Positions 9,156 through 18,908 of a stretch of 44,692 nt of DNA are shown in pieces. Location of the stretch: positions 1 to 44,692 of the IMG/VR virus record IMGVR_UViG_3300046786_000935; one strand, written 5' to 3'. The stretch's first letter is position 1, and each line of letters opens with the position of its first letter. This stretch comes from a virus (lineage: Duplodnaviria; Caudoviricetes). Under the pieces are notes generated by a model that worked only from the letters and a program-made list of their open reading frames with translations, was not told the DNA's origin and did not search any database. The position numbers and the translations under genes are program-made.

Positions 9156-9656
9156 ATGTCTGGAACGAAATCTGATAAGGACCTCCAAACCATCTTGGAA
9201 GGCATTTCGGTTAAAATCAACTCCTCGCCGGTCCTCAATGGCGGGTTCGACAAGATGCTGGTCATCGTCGAAACCATCAAAGAGAGGCAGAACGAGACCT
9301 CCAAGAAGGTGGACGAGATCCACAAGGGTCTCTACGAGCCTGACACAGGACTGTACGCAAGAGTTAAGTCAGTGGAAAGTGATTTCAAGGAACACGCTGA
9401 CAACGACGACAAGAACATGGCAGGGATTCGCAACTCCCTGGAAAAGCTTGTTGACAAGGACAAGGACCTTGAGAAGAAGGTTGAGCACACCACCAAGCTC
9501 AAGAAGATCGCTGGAGATGACCTGGAGAAACTTGAGTCGGTCATCCAAGCCAAGGGAAAAGCAGGAGAGTGGTTTGGCAAGATCATTTGGGCAATTCTCC
9601 TTGCTATCCTCGGCGGACTTGGAAAAGCTCTTTGGGACGCTGTAAACCACAAGTGA
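9156..9656 (+). CDS. coiled-coil protein with C-terminal transmembrane helix
   Basis: Heptad-rich body and WFGKIIWAILLAILGGLGKALW; TACTTA at 9098-9103. Confidence 0.7.
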   Translation: MSGTKSDKDLQTILEGISVKINSSPVLNGGFDKMLVIVETIKERQNETSKKVDEIHKGLYEPDTGLYARVKSVESDFKEHADNDDKNMAGIRNSLEKLVDKDKDLEKKVEHTTKLKKIAGDDLEKLESVIQAKGKAGEWFGKIIWAILLAILGGLGKALWDAVNHK

Positions 9657-9735
9657 GTTTCCTATTTGCCGATACAACCCGGCAAACCAGCACAAGTATA
9701 CTCCTTGCATAACGCAAAGAAGGAGTATCAAACAA

Positions 9736-10002
9736 ATGAGTGACGAGAGTGAGTCGAAGGTTGCAGTGCTTTGGAAGGCTATGGAACAGAGCCTTGCGGA
9801 CCTTCAGAAGGACCTTGCGAAGAATACAGTGAAGCACAACGTCTCCGCAGGAGTTCGCTTGCGTGCTGGTCTTCGTGATGTCAGGAAGCAAATCTCCGAG
9901 ATCATCAAGGAGACCTTGGAAGCTGACAAGGCTGTTACCCAATCCCGTGCTGATCGCAAGGCAAAGGGTGAGGAAGCAGGAGAATCGGAAGTCTCGGCTT
10001 GA
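9736..10002 (+). CDS. Hc1-type histone H1-like DNA-binding protein
   Basis: KHNVSAGVRLRAGLRDVRK resembles the Hc1 core (GNKAAGTRARK); strong AAGGAG RBS. Confidence 0.6.
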   Translation: MSDESESKVAVLWKAMEQSLADLQKDLAKNTVKHNVSAGVRLRAGLRDVRKQISEIIKETLEADKAVTQSRADRKAKGEEAGESEVSA

Positions 10003-10030
10003 AAAGGTGGTCCGTACCCTATCTAAGGGT

Positions 10031-10426
10031 ATGAAGATCATTATGGCTTCCGAGGTTATCCTCAAAGGTTTGGACCCAACCAAGCCTTACAGAGCCCTTG
10101 ATAGTAGCGGTAGGCTGGCAGCTCCACCCTCGAAAGAGGTAGCCCAACCTGCCGCTGTTGCATTTCTGCCAGCGCCTATCGAAGTCGAGAAAGCGGAGCA
10201 GAATGTGGCAGTAGCGCCTGAAATCGTCCCAACGGTGGAAGAAGCTTCACTTCGTGTTGAGTTGTCGCCAGTGACCGTAGTCCTTGAGACTTCGGAACCT
10301 CCAAAGGAAGACCTCTCTGTGAACGTGAATGTTTCTGTCAGTCCGGACGAGAAGCAGTTGGAAAACAGCCTTGAGGCTGTTCGACCAAAGGGTCGACCAA
10401 AGGGTCCTTCCAAGAAGACTGCTTGA
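10031..10426 (+). CDS. hypothetical low-complexity protein with AT-hook-like C-terminus
   Basis: Ends RPKGRPKGPSKK; start at 10031 or 10043. Confidence 0.55.
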   Translation: MKIIMASEVILKGLDPTKPYRALDSSGRLAAPPSKEVAQPAAVAFLPAPIEVEKAEQNVAVAPEIVPTVEEASLRVELSPVTVVLETSEPPKEDLSVNVNVSVSPDEKQLENSLEAVRPKGRPKGPSKKTA

Positions 10427-10496
10427 GCAGTTCTTGTTGAAAAGGCATTCACGTATAATCCAAGTTCGCTTGGAGGAACCACCGTAGAACTGAGAT

Positions 10497-11843
10497 ATGG
10501 AAACGAAAACCTACATTCTGGACACCAACGTTCTCCTCTCTGACCCCATGGCGCTGTTCTCGTTCAAAGAGCACGATCTGGTTATCCCAATGATCGTTCT
10601 TGAAGAACTTGACCGGCACAAGGATCGCCAAGATGAGGTCGGGCGCAACGCACGAGAGACTTCGAGGAAGCTCACTGAGATCACCAAGGAACACAAGGCT
10701 TTCAAGGACCCTGTTCCCCTTGGAGACAATCTCGGCAAGCTCTACATCATGTCGATCAGTTCCCTTGGATTCAATGATGTCAAGGAGCTCTTGCCATCTG
10801 AGTTGGAAGGTAAGTCTGGAGACAACCAAATTCTTGCTCTGTGCTTGGCACTGAAAAAGAAGTTGGAGAAGTCGGAGAAGGAAACCGTCCTGATTTCCAG
10901 GGATATTCTTCTTCGTCTGAAGGCCAATGCCCTCGGTGTTGCGTCCGATGACTACAAGAAGCTTCATGTTGCGAAGTCGGCTGCTGGTCTTTACAGCGGT
11001 TCTGCTGAGCTCGTTGGGTCATTTGACTTGGATTCCTTCTTCGAACAAGGAAAACTGGAATTCCCGAAGGAATTGGTGAGTGAGTACCACGAGAACCAAT
11101 ACCTCAATGTGTCGAACCCAGAAACAAGCCAGCATGCTCTGATGAGGCTCAAGGGCAATGTCGGGCACAAGATCACCGAATTCGCTCCATGCAAGATCAA
11201 CGGGAAGAATGCTGGACAGAGGTGCGCAATTGACGCCCTTCTGGACCCGCAGCTTCCTTTGGTGACTGTGGTTGGACAGGCTGGAACAGGAAAGACCCTT
11301 CTTGCTATTGCGGCTGGTTTGCACCAAGTTATGGAGCGCAAGCAGTACAAGAGCTTGATCGTTTGCCGTCCAATCCAACCTCTTGGAAAGGATATTGGTT
11401 ACCTCCCAGGAACGATGGAAGAGAAGATGGAACCTTGGGTTGCTCCAATCAAGGACAACCTCCGGTACCTTCTTTCTGCTGATGGAAAGAAGGGCAGGCG
11501 TGGAGAGGAAACTCTTCAGATGCTCTTTGACAACGGCACCATTGAGGTTGAAGCAATGACGTTCATCCGTGGACGCTCGATTGCCAATGCCTACATCATC
11601 ATTGATGAAGCTCAGAACTTGAATGCCCATGAGCTCAAGACCATCATCACCCGCGTTGGAGAAGGCACCAAGATCGTCCTCACAGGCGATATTGAGCAGA
11701 TTGACAACATGTACGTCGATTCCGTTTCCAACGGTTTGACCATCGCCATCGAGAAGTTCAAGAGCTACTCCATCTCCGGGCACGTCACCTTGACAAAGGG
11801 TGAGAGATCGGCTCTTGCCACACTTGCAGCCAGCATTCTCTGA
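10497..11843 (+). CDS. phoH: PIN-domain PhoH-family ATPase (PhoH2/YlaK type)
   Basis: N-terminal PIN (YILDTNVLL...VLEELD...DNQIL...SRD), Walker A GQAGTGKT, GYLPG, RGRS, IIIDEAQN, GDIEQID. Confidence 0.93.
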   Translation: METKTYILDTNVLLSDPMALFSFKEHDLVIPMIVLEELDRHKDRQDEVGRNARETSRKLTEITKEHKAFKDPVPLGDNLGKLYIMSISSLGFNDVKELLPSELEGKSGDNQILALCLALKKKLEKSEKETVLISRDILLRLKANALGVASDDYKKLHVAKSAAGLYSGSAELVGSFDLDSFFEQGKLEFPKELVSEYHENQYLNVSNPETSQHALMRLKGNVGHKITEFAPCKINGKNAGQRCAIDALLDPQLPLVTVVGQAGTGKTLLAIAAGLHQVMERKQYKSLIVCRPIQPLGKDIGYLPGTMEEKMEPWVAPIKDNLRYLLSADGKKGRRGEETLQMLFDNGTIEVEAMTFIRGRSIANAYIIIDEAQNLNAHELKTIITRVGEGTKIVLTGDIEQIDNMYVDSVSNGLTIAIEKFKSYSISGHVTLTKGERSALATLAASIL

Positions 11844-11887
11844 TAATCGTTTGAGCCGCCAAACTGTAAGTAAACCTACTTACAGGA

Positions 11888-13408
11888 GTGAGTCTCGACG
11901 ATAAGGTTGGCAGGCACCGAGCAAGGTTTCGCAAGGTATATCCGTACGGCAACACACGCCGCCCGGATGTTCGCTCATTTGTTGATGCGATCACCAATAC
12001 CACGAAGTCATTTGACTTCCAGAAGATCCAGCACGACTACCCGTACTACTCAGTCCCAACCTACCTGAGCACCTCTTGGGCTGTGTCTGGTGCCATCTCA
12101 TACGCTACCTTCCTGGAAGCCACAGAGACCTTCACCAACCAAACCTCCTACGAGGTCATCTTTTCCTCTCCCTTCGCCGGAACGCCCTATCTAGCTTTCG
12201 CACCTTCGCAAAGCCAATTCTCGGGCTCTGATGGTCAGGAAACACCAAACGTTGCTTGGTGGGTAACTGGGTTGACGAGCGGTGGGTTCACAGCAAACTT
12301 CTCAGCCCCATTCACTGGTAAGATCACCTATAGGGGTGTCTACACGACAGGGTCATACCCAATTTACGTCAACAGGAGCACGGACCTTTCTGGTTCCTAC
12401 GCCTGGGTGTCAGCAGGGTCGAGCTCTTTGACGAACCAGTCGAGCTTGAGCATGTCCTTTGCGGCTCTTCCAAGCTTGCCGGAATACCTGAACTATAACC
12501 CAGTCGGTAGCACAACCGATGAACTCAACATTGGCCAAACAATTTGGGCTGTCTCCACCAGCTATGCCGTCAACGAGCTCTCAGCTCCTTTTACGGGAAT
12601 TATCCACTTCCTTGCAATGGATACAACTGGCTCCGACACGAACCCATTCACAGCGAACCCGGATACAAACTACCCTCCAACAGGTTCGTTTTCGCCAGCG
12701 GACATCACCAACCTCTACGCTTGGTACAAGTACGACAATCTCTTGCTCAGCGGTTCCACGAACGTCTCTGCTGCCTTGGATAAGTCTGGAAACAGCAGGC
12801 ACGCTGTCATGCCAACCGCTGGTCAGCAGCCGACCTACTCTGCAACAGGCGGAGCAAACAACCTCCCATACTGGACAGGTACGGATGCTGTCTCTGGTGG
12901 ACGATACCTGCTTGCTGGCGTTGCAGCAGACTGGACGTTCTTGCATAACGGAAGTGGACACACAGTCTTCATCATCTCCAAGACGGCTTCGACTCAACAG
13001 AACTACATCTTCGGCACCCAAACTGGAACTGCAGCGTCGTTGGGTGATTCTATCGTCAGAATCAACAACACAACCGCAAACTTGACTATTGGAACCGCTG
13101 CGATCCCCATCATTTTCCAAAACTTTGCCTGGACCCAAACCTCTTGGGGTAAGTTGGCATTCTCTGGTTCGACAGGCGGCAACCCGGACTACTCTGTCCG
13201 AGTTAATGGAGTAGATGTGGTTTCCGTCAATGAGTCAGCAGTTCCGGCTGCAACAACTTCCACCCAAAAACTTGGAATCGGTTCGGGCGGTGGTGGAGCT
13301 TACTCTTCCGCCGTGAGTTTCCACGAGGTGATCATCTACAACAGAGAGCTGACTTCTTCTGAAGTATCCCAGGTTGAAAGCTATCTGAGTTCTTCATACG
13401 GAGTGTGA
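11888..13408 (+). CDS. virion structural protein with C-terminal LamG/concanavalin-like domain
   Basis: Ser/Thr/Gly-rich beta protein; LYAWY...DKSGNSRHA...EVIIYNRELTSSEVSQVESYL; TACTTA 5 nt before GTG. Confidence 0.7.
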   Translation: MSLDDKVGRHRARFRKVYPYGNTRRPDVRSFVDAITNTTKSFDFQKIQHDYPYYSVPTYLSTSWAVSGAISYATFLEATETFTNQTSYEVIFSSPFAGTPYLAFAPSQSQFSGSDGQETPNVAWWVTGLTSGGFTANFSAPFTGKITYRGVYTTGSYPIYVNRSTDLSGSYAWVSAGSSSLTNQSSLSMSFAALPSLPEYLNYNPVGSTTDELNIGQTIWAVSTSYAVNELSAPFTGIIHFLAMDTTGSDTNPFTANPDTNYPPTGSFSPADITNLYAWYKYDNLLLSGSTNVSAALDKSGNSRHAVMPTAGQQPTYSATGGANNLPYWTGTDAVSGGRYLLAGVAADWTFLHNGSGHTVFIISKTASTQQNYIFGTQTGTAASLGDSIVRINNTTANLTIGTAAIPIIFQNFAWTQTSWGKLAFSGSTGGNPDYSVRVNGVDVVSVNESAVPAATTSTQKLGIGSGGGGAYSSAVSFHEVIIYNRELTSSEVSQVESYLSSSYGV

Positions 13409-13451
13409 CTCAGCTAATTCAGCATTTCCCTAGTTACTCCAAGGACAATCC

Positions 13452-14774
13452 ATGACCTACGATTTTCGCGCAAGCCAAGTGAGAACGAACAAGATCATTT
13501 CCTCGGGTTCCACCGGGACAAATGCAGCTCTCCTCATTTACCCATTTGCTTCAGCTCTTAGCCAAAGCGGTTCCATCAATACCGCCGTGTTTGCGACTGG
13601 TTCAATCGGTAGCGATGTTTTCCTGTTTGTTTCCGGTGCGGTAAACAGCATGGGAACTTCCACACAAGGAACGACGCTTTTTGGAGGTGACTTGAAAGTT
13701 TCAGGAGCTTTCATGACACTGAACTCCATTCAGTCCTATGGTTCCGTGATCGCCTACAGCACCTTCTCGGCCTTTCAGTCGGCAAGCTTCTTGAGTGACG
13801 CTACGATCTTTGGTGGAAACTATGTGAGCGGACCATTCATTGCCTATAGCACTTCCAGGCTGGTCGGGGCAACCACAATCTCTGGCGCTATCACCTCCAT
13901 CAACACAGCTTCCTTTAGCGGTCCTGTAACAGCATCAAACACAGCTCTGTTCAGTGGAGCAACCACTTTCTCCTCCACTTTGAATGCAGTTTCGACAGCC
14001 TCTTTTGCAGGACCGGTAACTGGTTCCAACACTTTCCTATGGACAGGAGCAACCACTTTCTCTGGAACGATGGCCTCTGTCAACTCAGCTTCTTTCAGCG
14101 GAGTTGCAACGTTTTCCAACAATCTTGTGGTTACAGGCAAGCTTTCCGGTTCTCTTCAAACACTTTCGAACGGAAATCCCTACCTGAAAGCTGGCCCAAA
14201 TATCACGATTGTGACTGAGTCCAATGGTGCCGTCGCTATTTCAGCCAGCGCTGGAACGACGTATACCATGAACTCCTGGCTCGACTTCCTGAGACAGCGA
14301 TTCGCCACGTACCCTGCTGAGTTTTCTGGAGACATTACGGCTGGAGTCAAGTTCTACACCACTGTGAGCGGTGCTTCTGTATCGGGATTTAGAATGGCTT
14401 GGAGCGGATCGGGCAACAAGACATTTACGATCACAGTGTGGTCTGGCTCCTCAGCCGTCGCCACTGCAAGCTTGGTCGTGAGCTCGGCTTCGCCTGGAGT
14501 CTTCACTGGGTCGTTTAGCAGCCCTCCAACACTGGCTCCCTACAGGGACTATTACATCTCTTACAGGGACCAAGCTGGTGCAAACTACTACGTTTATGCA
14601 GCCAGCACTGATTTCTACCACTTTGCAGGCTATTCAGCAAACAAGTCGGTCAGGGTTCTGCCGAACTTGGTTATTGGCTGGTTCTACTGCTCTGCTGGAG
14701 GTAATGCTGCTCCTACATCGGTGGGTACAGACAGCTATTCCAGTGCCATTGAACCAGTTATGACCTTCGCCTGA
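13452..14774 (+). CDS. tail-fibre/virion protein with internal beta repeats and DUF4082-like C-terminus
   Basis: ~30-aa repeats (GATTFSG...TASFSGPVTASNT); C-terminal GVKFYTT...VSGFR...FSSPPTLAPYRDYYISY; TAGTTA at 13431. Confidence 0.65.
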   Translation: MTYDFRASQVRTNKIISSGSTGTNAALLIYPFASALSQSGSINTAVFATGSIGSDVFLFVSGAVNSMGTSTQGTTLFGGDLKVSGAFMTLNSIQSYGSVIAYSTFSAFQSASFLSDATIFGGNYVSGPFIAYSTSRLVGATTISGAITSINTASFSGPVTASNTALFSGATTFSSTLNAVSTASFAGPVTGSNTFLWTGATTFSGTMASVNSASFSGVATFSNNLVVTGKLSGSLQTLSNGNPYLKAGPNITIVTESNGAVAISASAGTTYTMNSWLDFLRQRFATYPAEFSGDITAGVKFYTTVSGASVSGFRMAWSGSGNKTFTITVWSGSSAVATASLVVSSASPGVFTGSFSSPPTLAPYRDYYISYRDQAGANYYVYAASTDFYHFAGYSANKSVRVLPNLVIGWFYCSAGGNAAPTSVGTDSYSSAIEPVMTFA

Positions 14775-14860
14775 TTTTGGTCTTACTCCATAGTGGAAGA
14801 TAACCAAGAAGAGAGAAGAAGGGGGTATATCTACTACTCTCTTGTGGTAAGAAGGTTGGG

Positions 14861-16711
14861 ATGAGTCCACTGCACGACGCAATCAAGTTCTTCTCCAGAG
14901 AGCAAGTACCAATGATCCCCTGTCATGGATTGGAGGATGGGGTATGCACCTGTCGGAAAGGTAGAAACTGTCCCAGTCCTGGGAAGCATCCTTTGATGGC
15001 TAACTGGCAAGGGGTAGCAAGCACAGATGAAGCCAAGGTTTTGTCGTGGTTTTCCTCGGCAAGGCCGGTAAATCTTGCCATTGTTACTGGAAGAAAGAAC
15101 TCAAGCGGAAAGCATCTACTTGCCGTTGACGCAGACATGGTCGACCATCCGTTTATTGCTCAACTAAGAGAACACGGGACGACGGTAACACAAAGGAGCG
15201 GTTCTGGAGGTTCCCACGCCTTGTATTGGTCTGATGTGCCTGTGAGGAACTCGTGTCAACTCCTCGATGAGAAGGTTGACATCCGTGGTTCTGGTGGAAT
15301 CCTGGTGATTGCTCCAAGCACCCACAAGAGCGGCCGACAGTACGAGTTCACCTGCGACCTCAAGAGCATCAAGATCCAGCAAATTCCCGCCTTTCTTGAA
15401 GCAAAGTTGGTGTCCTCGGCAAATGCAGTCAAGGAACGGAAAAAGAGAAAAGCCGCCTCGACTATCAAGGTTGAGAAGGCTGAGCGCGAAAGACTCTCCC
15501 AGGATTGGTCGTCTCGCTCCATCTCGGAAATCAGGGGATGGCTTTCGGTTGAGGGACAAAATGTTCCACAAGGGATCAGGAACACCACGATGCACCGTCT
15601 TCTATCTTCAGACAGGGCAAAGGGTGCTGGGAAGTTCGAGCTTGAGTCCTATGCTTTGAACTACCTTTCCAACTTTCAGGATGCCGAAGAGTTCCTGGAC
15701 GAGGTTGTGGAGATCGTTGAATCCACAATGAAATATCAGCCTTACAACAACTCCCACGAGAAGGTGAATGAAATCTACTTCAAGTGGTTGAAGAAACACA
15801 AGATTGTCTCTGATTGCACTCTTGAAACCCTCAATTCCCTTGACAGTGAGTTCTTTTCCCAGGTGAAGCCCGTAAAGGGAGAGGAGACGGTGTTGCTTTC
15901 GCTCAAGGAGGTTTCGGACCTCCGAGGTAGATTCTTCTTTTCCAAGGGACTCACGAGATTCTCCACCTACAAGTCCCAGCTCCTTGCAAAGAAGCTCCTA
16001 GAACTTGGGGCTGTCAAACGCCGCCGAGCGAAAAACAACCTTTGGGAAGTCAGCAAACGCATTTTGCCACTTGAAGCACCTCGACAAGTGGATTACTCTG
16101 CACCAAAGGAAAGCACCATGTCCGAGAAAGAAAAGAACATCGTCAATGATGGCGACATCATTGAGCGCAATGGCCAAAAGCTCCGCGTTGAGATCCTCAA
16201 GCGGGATACCCCTGCCGAGGAACACTCCAAGGAACACCTCTTCAATGGAAGGTTCGGCATCGACTACAACACCTCCTTGATCAAGTTCCTTGCTACCCTG
16301 ACCGAAGCTCAAACTGAGGAGCTGGAAGCCGAGACGCTGGTAGTTGACAGACAAGCCACCTTGGAGCTCGTGGGAAGCATGCTCCCAGGCGATATCATCG
16401 GTTTCGGGTGCGATACCTACCGTGTTGTCCAAAGGGACGAGCTCAAGCTTCTCCTGGAGCCGGTGGTGAAGATCAGGGTGAAGAACAAGGTGGGGCAGTT
16501 TGAAGGCTCAGGCGATGAGTCTGACTTCGTTACACCATCCGAGCACGAGCTGGATAAGTTCCGAGCTCTTGGGTTCTTGCGCATCCTATGGCGGGACGGA
16601 GCACCGTTCGGTGAGAGTTCCACCAAAAACATCAAGATCGTTCTCTTCCATCCTGTCGAGGAACAGGATAGCGGAGTAAACGAAAATGAGCGTAGCACAG
16701 AGTCCGTTTGA
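14861..16711 (+). CDS. bifunctional DNA primase/polymerase (prim-pol) with PriCT-like region and unknown C-terminal domain
   Basis: CTC...CPSPGKHP, NLAIVTG, LLAVDAD, SGSGGSH, DIRGSGGILVIAPSTHKSG..Y; GIRNTTM. Confidence 0.85.
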   Translation: MSPLHDAIKFFSREQVPMIPCHGLEDGVCTCRKGRNCPSPGKHPLMANWQGVASTDEAKVLSWFSSARPVNLAIVTGRKNSSGKHLLAVDADMVDHPFIAQLREHGTTVTQRSGSGGSHALYWSDVPVRNSCQLLDEKVDIRGSGGILVIAPSTHKSGRQYEFTCDLKSIKIQQIPAFLEAKLVSSANAVKERKKRKAASTIKVEKAERERLSQDWSSRSISEIRGWLSVEGQNVPQGIRNTTMHRLLSSDRAKGAGKFELESYALNYLSNFQDAEEFLDEVVEIVESTMKYQPYNNSHEKVNEIYFKWLKKHKIVSDCTLETLNSLDSEFFSQVKPVKGEETVLLSLKEVSDLRGRFFFSKGLTRFSTYKSQLLAKKLLELGAVKRRRAKNNLWEVSKRILPLEAPRQVDYSAPKESTMSEKEKNIVNDGDIIERNGQKLRVEILKRDTPAEEHSKEHLFNGRFGIDYNTSLIKFLATLTEAQTEELEAETLVVDRQATLELVGSMLPGDIIGFGCDTYRVVQRDELKLLLEPVVKIRVKNKVGQFEGSGDESDFVTPSEHELDKFRALGFLRILWRDGAPFGESSTKNIKIVLFHPVEEQDSGVNENERSTESV

Positions 16712-17618
16712 CGGAATCCCAATTGAGTACGTGATCCCAAAGTCGGCAAAGATTGTCTTTGTCAGCGATTTCTTTGTCAGAGACGTGCAAGGCGGAGCAG
16801 AGCTAACCTCCGAGGCTTTGATCAAGAAGGCACCGGAGAAGCTCTTCAAGCTTCACGCCAAGTCTCTCACCAAGAAGATGCTTGATTCCAACAAGGACAA
16901 GTATTGGGTGTTCGGCAACTTTGCCACCCTCAGCGAGTACATGCTTCAGTACATCCCCAGGACAGACCTGAATTACTCCATCGTGGAGTACGACTTCAAG
17001 TTCTGTTCCTATCGCTCCACCAACCGACACATCCAAGTCAGCGGTGATCCATGCAATTGTGCCAAGGATCACCATGGCCTCCTGGTTGCACACTTCTTTG
17101 AGAAAGCCCAGCGCATCTTCTGGATGTCCTCTGGACAGCGCGATAGCTGGCTGGCTCATGTCCCTGCCCTGAAGACACATCCGGGCCACGTCATTCTCTC
17201 CTCTGTCTTCGATGATGAGACGCTCGACCTTCTCTCCTCTTACCGACAGGTATCAAAGGAGAAGAAGAAGGTTTGGGCAGTTCTTGGATCGGGTTCTTGG
17301 ATCAAGGGAGTGGAGGAAACCCACAAGTGGTGCAACCTCAAGAAGATCAAGCATGAGCCCATTCCTAACCTCCCCTACAAGGAGTTCCTGGACAAGCTTA
17401 GCGAGTACGAGGGTTTCATCTTTCTCCCTCTTGACAAGGATACCTGCCCAAGGGTAACCCTGGAAGCCCGTGTGATGGGCTTGAACGTCATGACCAATGA
17501 CAACGTCCTCCAGAAGAGAGATGAGTGGTATGCTTCCTCTGCCGAGGACTGTGAAGCTTATCTCCGCTCCAGGGCTTCGTTCTTTTGGGAACAGATCAAT
17601 CAAGCCAAGTCGGCGTAG
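16686..17618 (+). CDS. glycosyltransferase (GT-B-like)
   Basis: KIVFVSDFF...GGAELT at the N-terminus and DTCPRVTLEARVMG near the C-terminus. Confidence 0.7.
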   Translation: MSVAQSPFDGIPIEYVIPKSAKIVFVSDFFVRDVQGGAELTSEALIKKAPEKLFKLHAKSLTKKMLDSNKDKYWVFGNFATLSEYMLQYIPRTDLNYSIVEYDFKFCSYRSTNRHIQVSGDPCNCAKDHHGLLVAHFFEKAQRIFWMSSGQRDSWLAHVPALKTHPGHVILSSVFDDETLDLLSSYRQVSKEKKKVWAVLGSGSWIKGVEETHKWCNLKKIKHEPIPNLPYKEFLDKLSEYEGFIFLPLDKDTCPRVTLEARVMGLNVMTNDNVLQKRDEWYASSAEDCEAYLRSRASFFWEQINQAKSA

Positions 17619-17965
17619 ATTTCCTTGTTCTCTCTTCCAAACCACCTGACAAGCCTACCGGCATAGACGTTCGCTTGATCCTCAAGCATCTGGTTGTCGG
17701 TATCCTCCGGCCCAATCATCCCAAGCTCGAATTGCCTGTGATGCGTTAGTTCATGAGCAAGGGTTCGCATGATGTCGGCAATGGCCCTGTTCTTTGCTGC
17801 CACAATCACCTTCCCAGCTTGCGGGAGATAGCCCCCGGCACTGGGATAGTTTGGATCGTGCCCAAACAAGAACACGATTTCGGCATTGCGTTGGATCTTG
17901 AGGGACTCCACCACGTAGGCAGTGAACTTCTTGATCAGAGCTAGGTTTTGTGGCGTTTTTTCCAT
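17600..17965 (-). CDS. zincin-like metallopeptidase (HExxH), probably late
   Basis: IMRTLAHELTHHRQ...EDQAN; TATTTA 9 nt upstream of ATG 17965. Confidence 0.75.
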   Translation of the reverse strand: MEKTPQNLALIKKFTAYVVESLKIQRNAEIVFLFGHDPNYPSAGGYLPQAGKVIVAAKNRAIADIMRTLAHELTHHRQFELGMIGPEDTDNQMLEDQANVYAGRLVRWFGRENKEIYADLA

Positions 17966-18016
17966 TGCTAGGTCTAAATAGCACACAAAGATAGTCTCCA
18001 AGCCCAATCTAGGCTC

Positions 18017-18901
18017 ATGACTGTTCATCTCCCGCTCTTCAAAGACGAAACTAGGCTGCCAACAGGGAAGAATCACGTTTCTTTTTCCGAGGTTTCCACT
18101 GCTCTTGAGTGCGGGTGGAGTCACAAGCTCAAGTACGTCCACAAGCTGGAAGATCCTGGATCAGAGCATACTGTGTACGGATCTTGCATCCACGACTCAG
18201 CAGAGAATTGGCTCCTGAACAAGGATAGTGCTTGGTACGACTTGGAGGAGAGCATCGAGAGTTGCGTTGCCAAGGTCAAGGAAGAGTTCGCAAGGATTGG
18301 CTTCGACGCTGATGGCAACCCGAAGAAGCTGGAAAAGGAGTGGATTACTCCTGTTGGTGGAATCCTCACCAAGATCCCATCTTGGATGGATGAGACCTTC
18401 CCAGGGTATAGTGTGGTCGCAGCAGAACTTGAACTCTTTGAGCCATTGGACGGTCAGAAGAACAAGTGGTACAAGGGCTTCGTTGACTGTGTGATCAAGG
18501 TTCCGAAGAAGGCAAGGAAGGGAGCAAAGAAGGCTGCAAGTGGTTTCACCTACTGGATTCTTGACTGGAAGACGACTTCCTGGGGCTGGGACAAGAAGAA
18601 GCAAACTGACCCTGTCAAGAAGATGCAGCTCGCTCTCTACAAGCATTTCGTCGCCAGGAAGCTTGACATTCCCCTCGCAGACATTAAGTGTGGGTTCGTT
18701 CTGCTCAAGAGAACCGTGAAGTCTGGCGACCACTGCGAACTCCTTGAGGTGTCTGTTGGCGATCAAACAAGGCTTGCAACCTTGAAGATCGTCTCCAACA
18801 CCGTGAACATGATCAAAAGGGAAATGTGGATCAAGGAACGTGGAGACGCCTGTCGCTATTGCAAGTTCTTTGTCACTGAGCACTGCAAATGGGAGAAATA
18901 A
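18017..18901 (+). CDS. PD-(D/E)XK nuclease, Cas4/RecB(AddB)-like with 4-Cys Fe-S motif
   Basis: SFSEV...EC, YGSCIH, ELEL, GFVD, ILDWKT, QLALY, CRYC...C. Confidence 0.85.
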   Translation: MTVHLPLFKDETRLPTGKNHVSFSEVSTALECGWSHKLKYVHKLEDPGSEHTVYGSCIHDSAENWLLNKDSAWYDLEESIESCVAKVKEEFARIGFDADGNPKKLEKEWITPVGGILTKIPSWMDETFPGYSVVAAELELFEPLDGQKNKWYKGFVDCVIKVPKKARKGAKKAASGFTYWILDWKTTSWGWDKKKQTDPVKKMQLALYKHFVARKLDIPLADIKCGFVLLKRTVKSGDHCELLEVSVGDQTRLATLKIVSNTVNMIKREMWIKERGDACRYCKFFVTEHCKWEK

Positions 18902-18908
18902 CGAGAAA

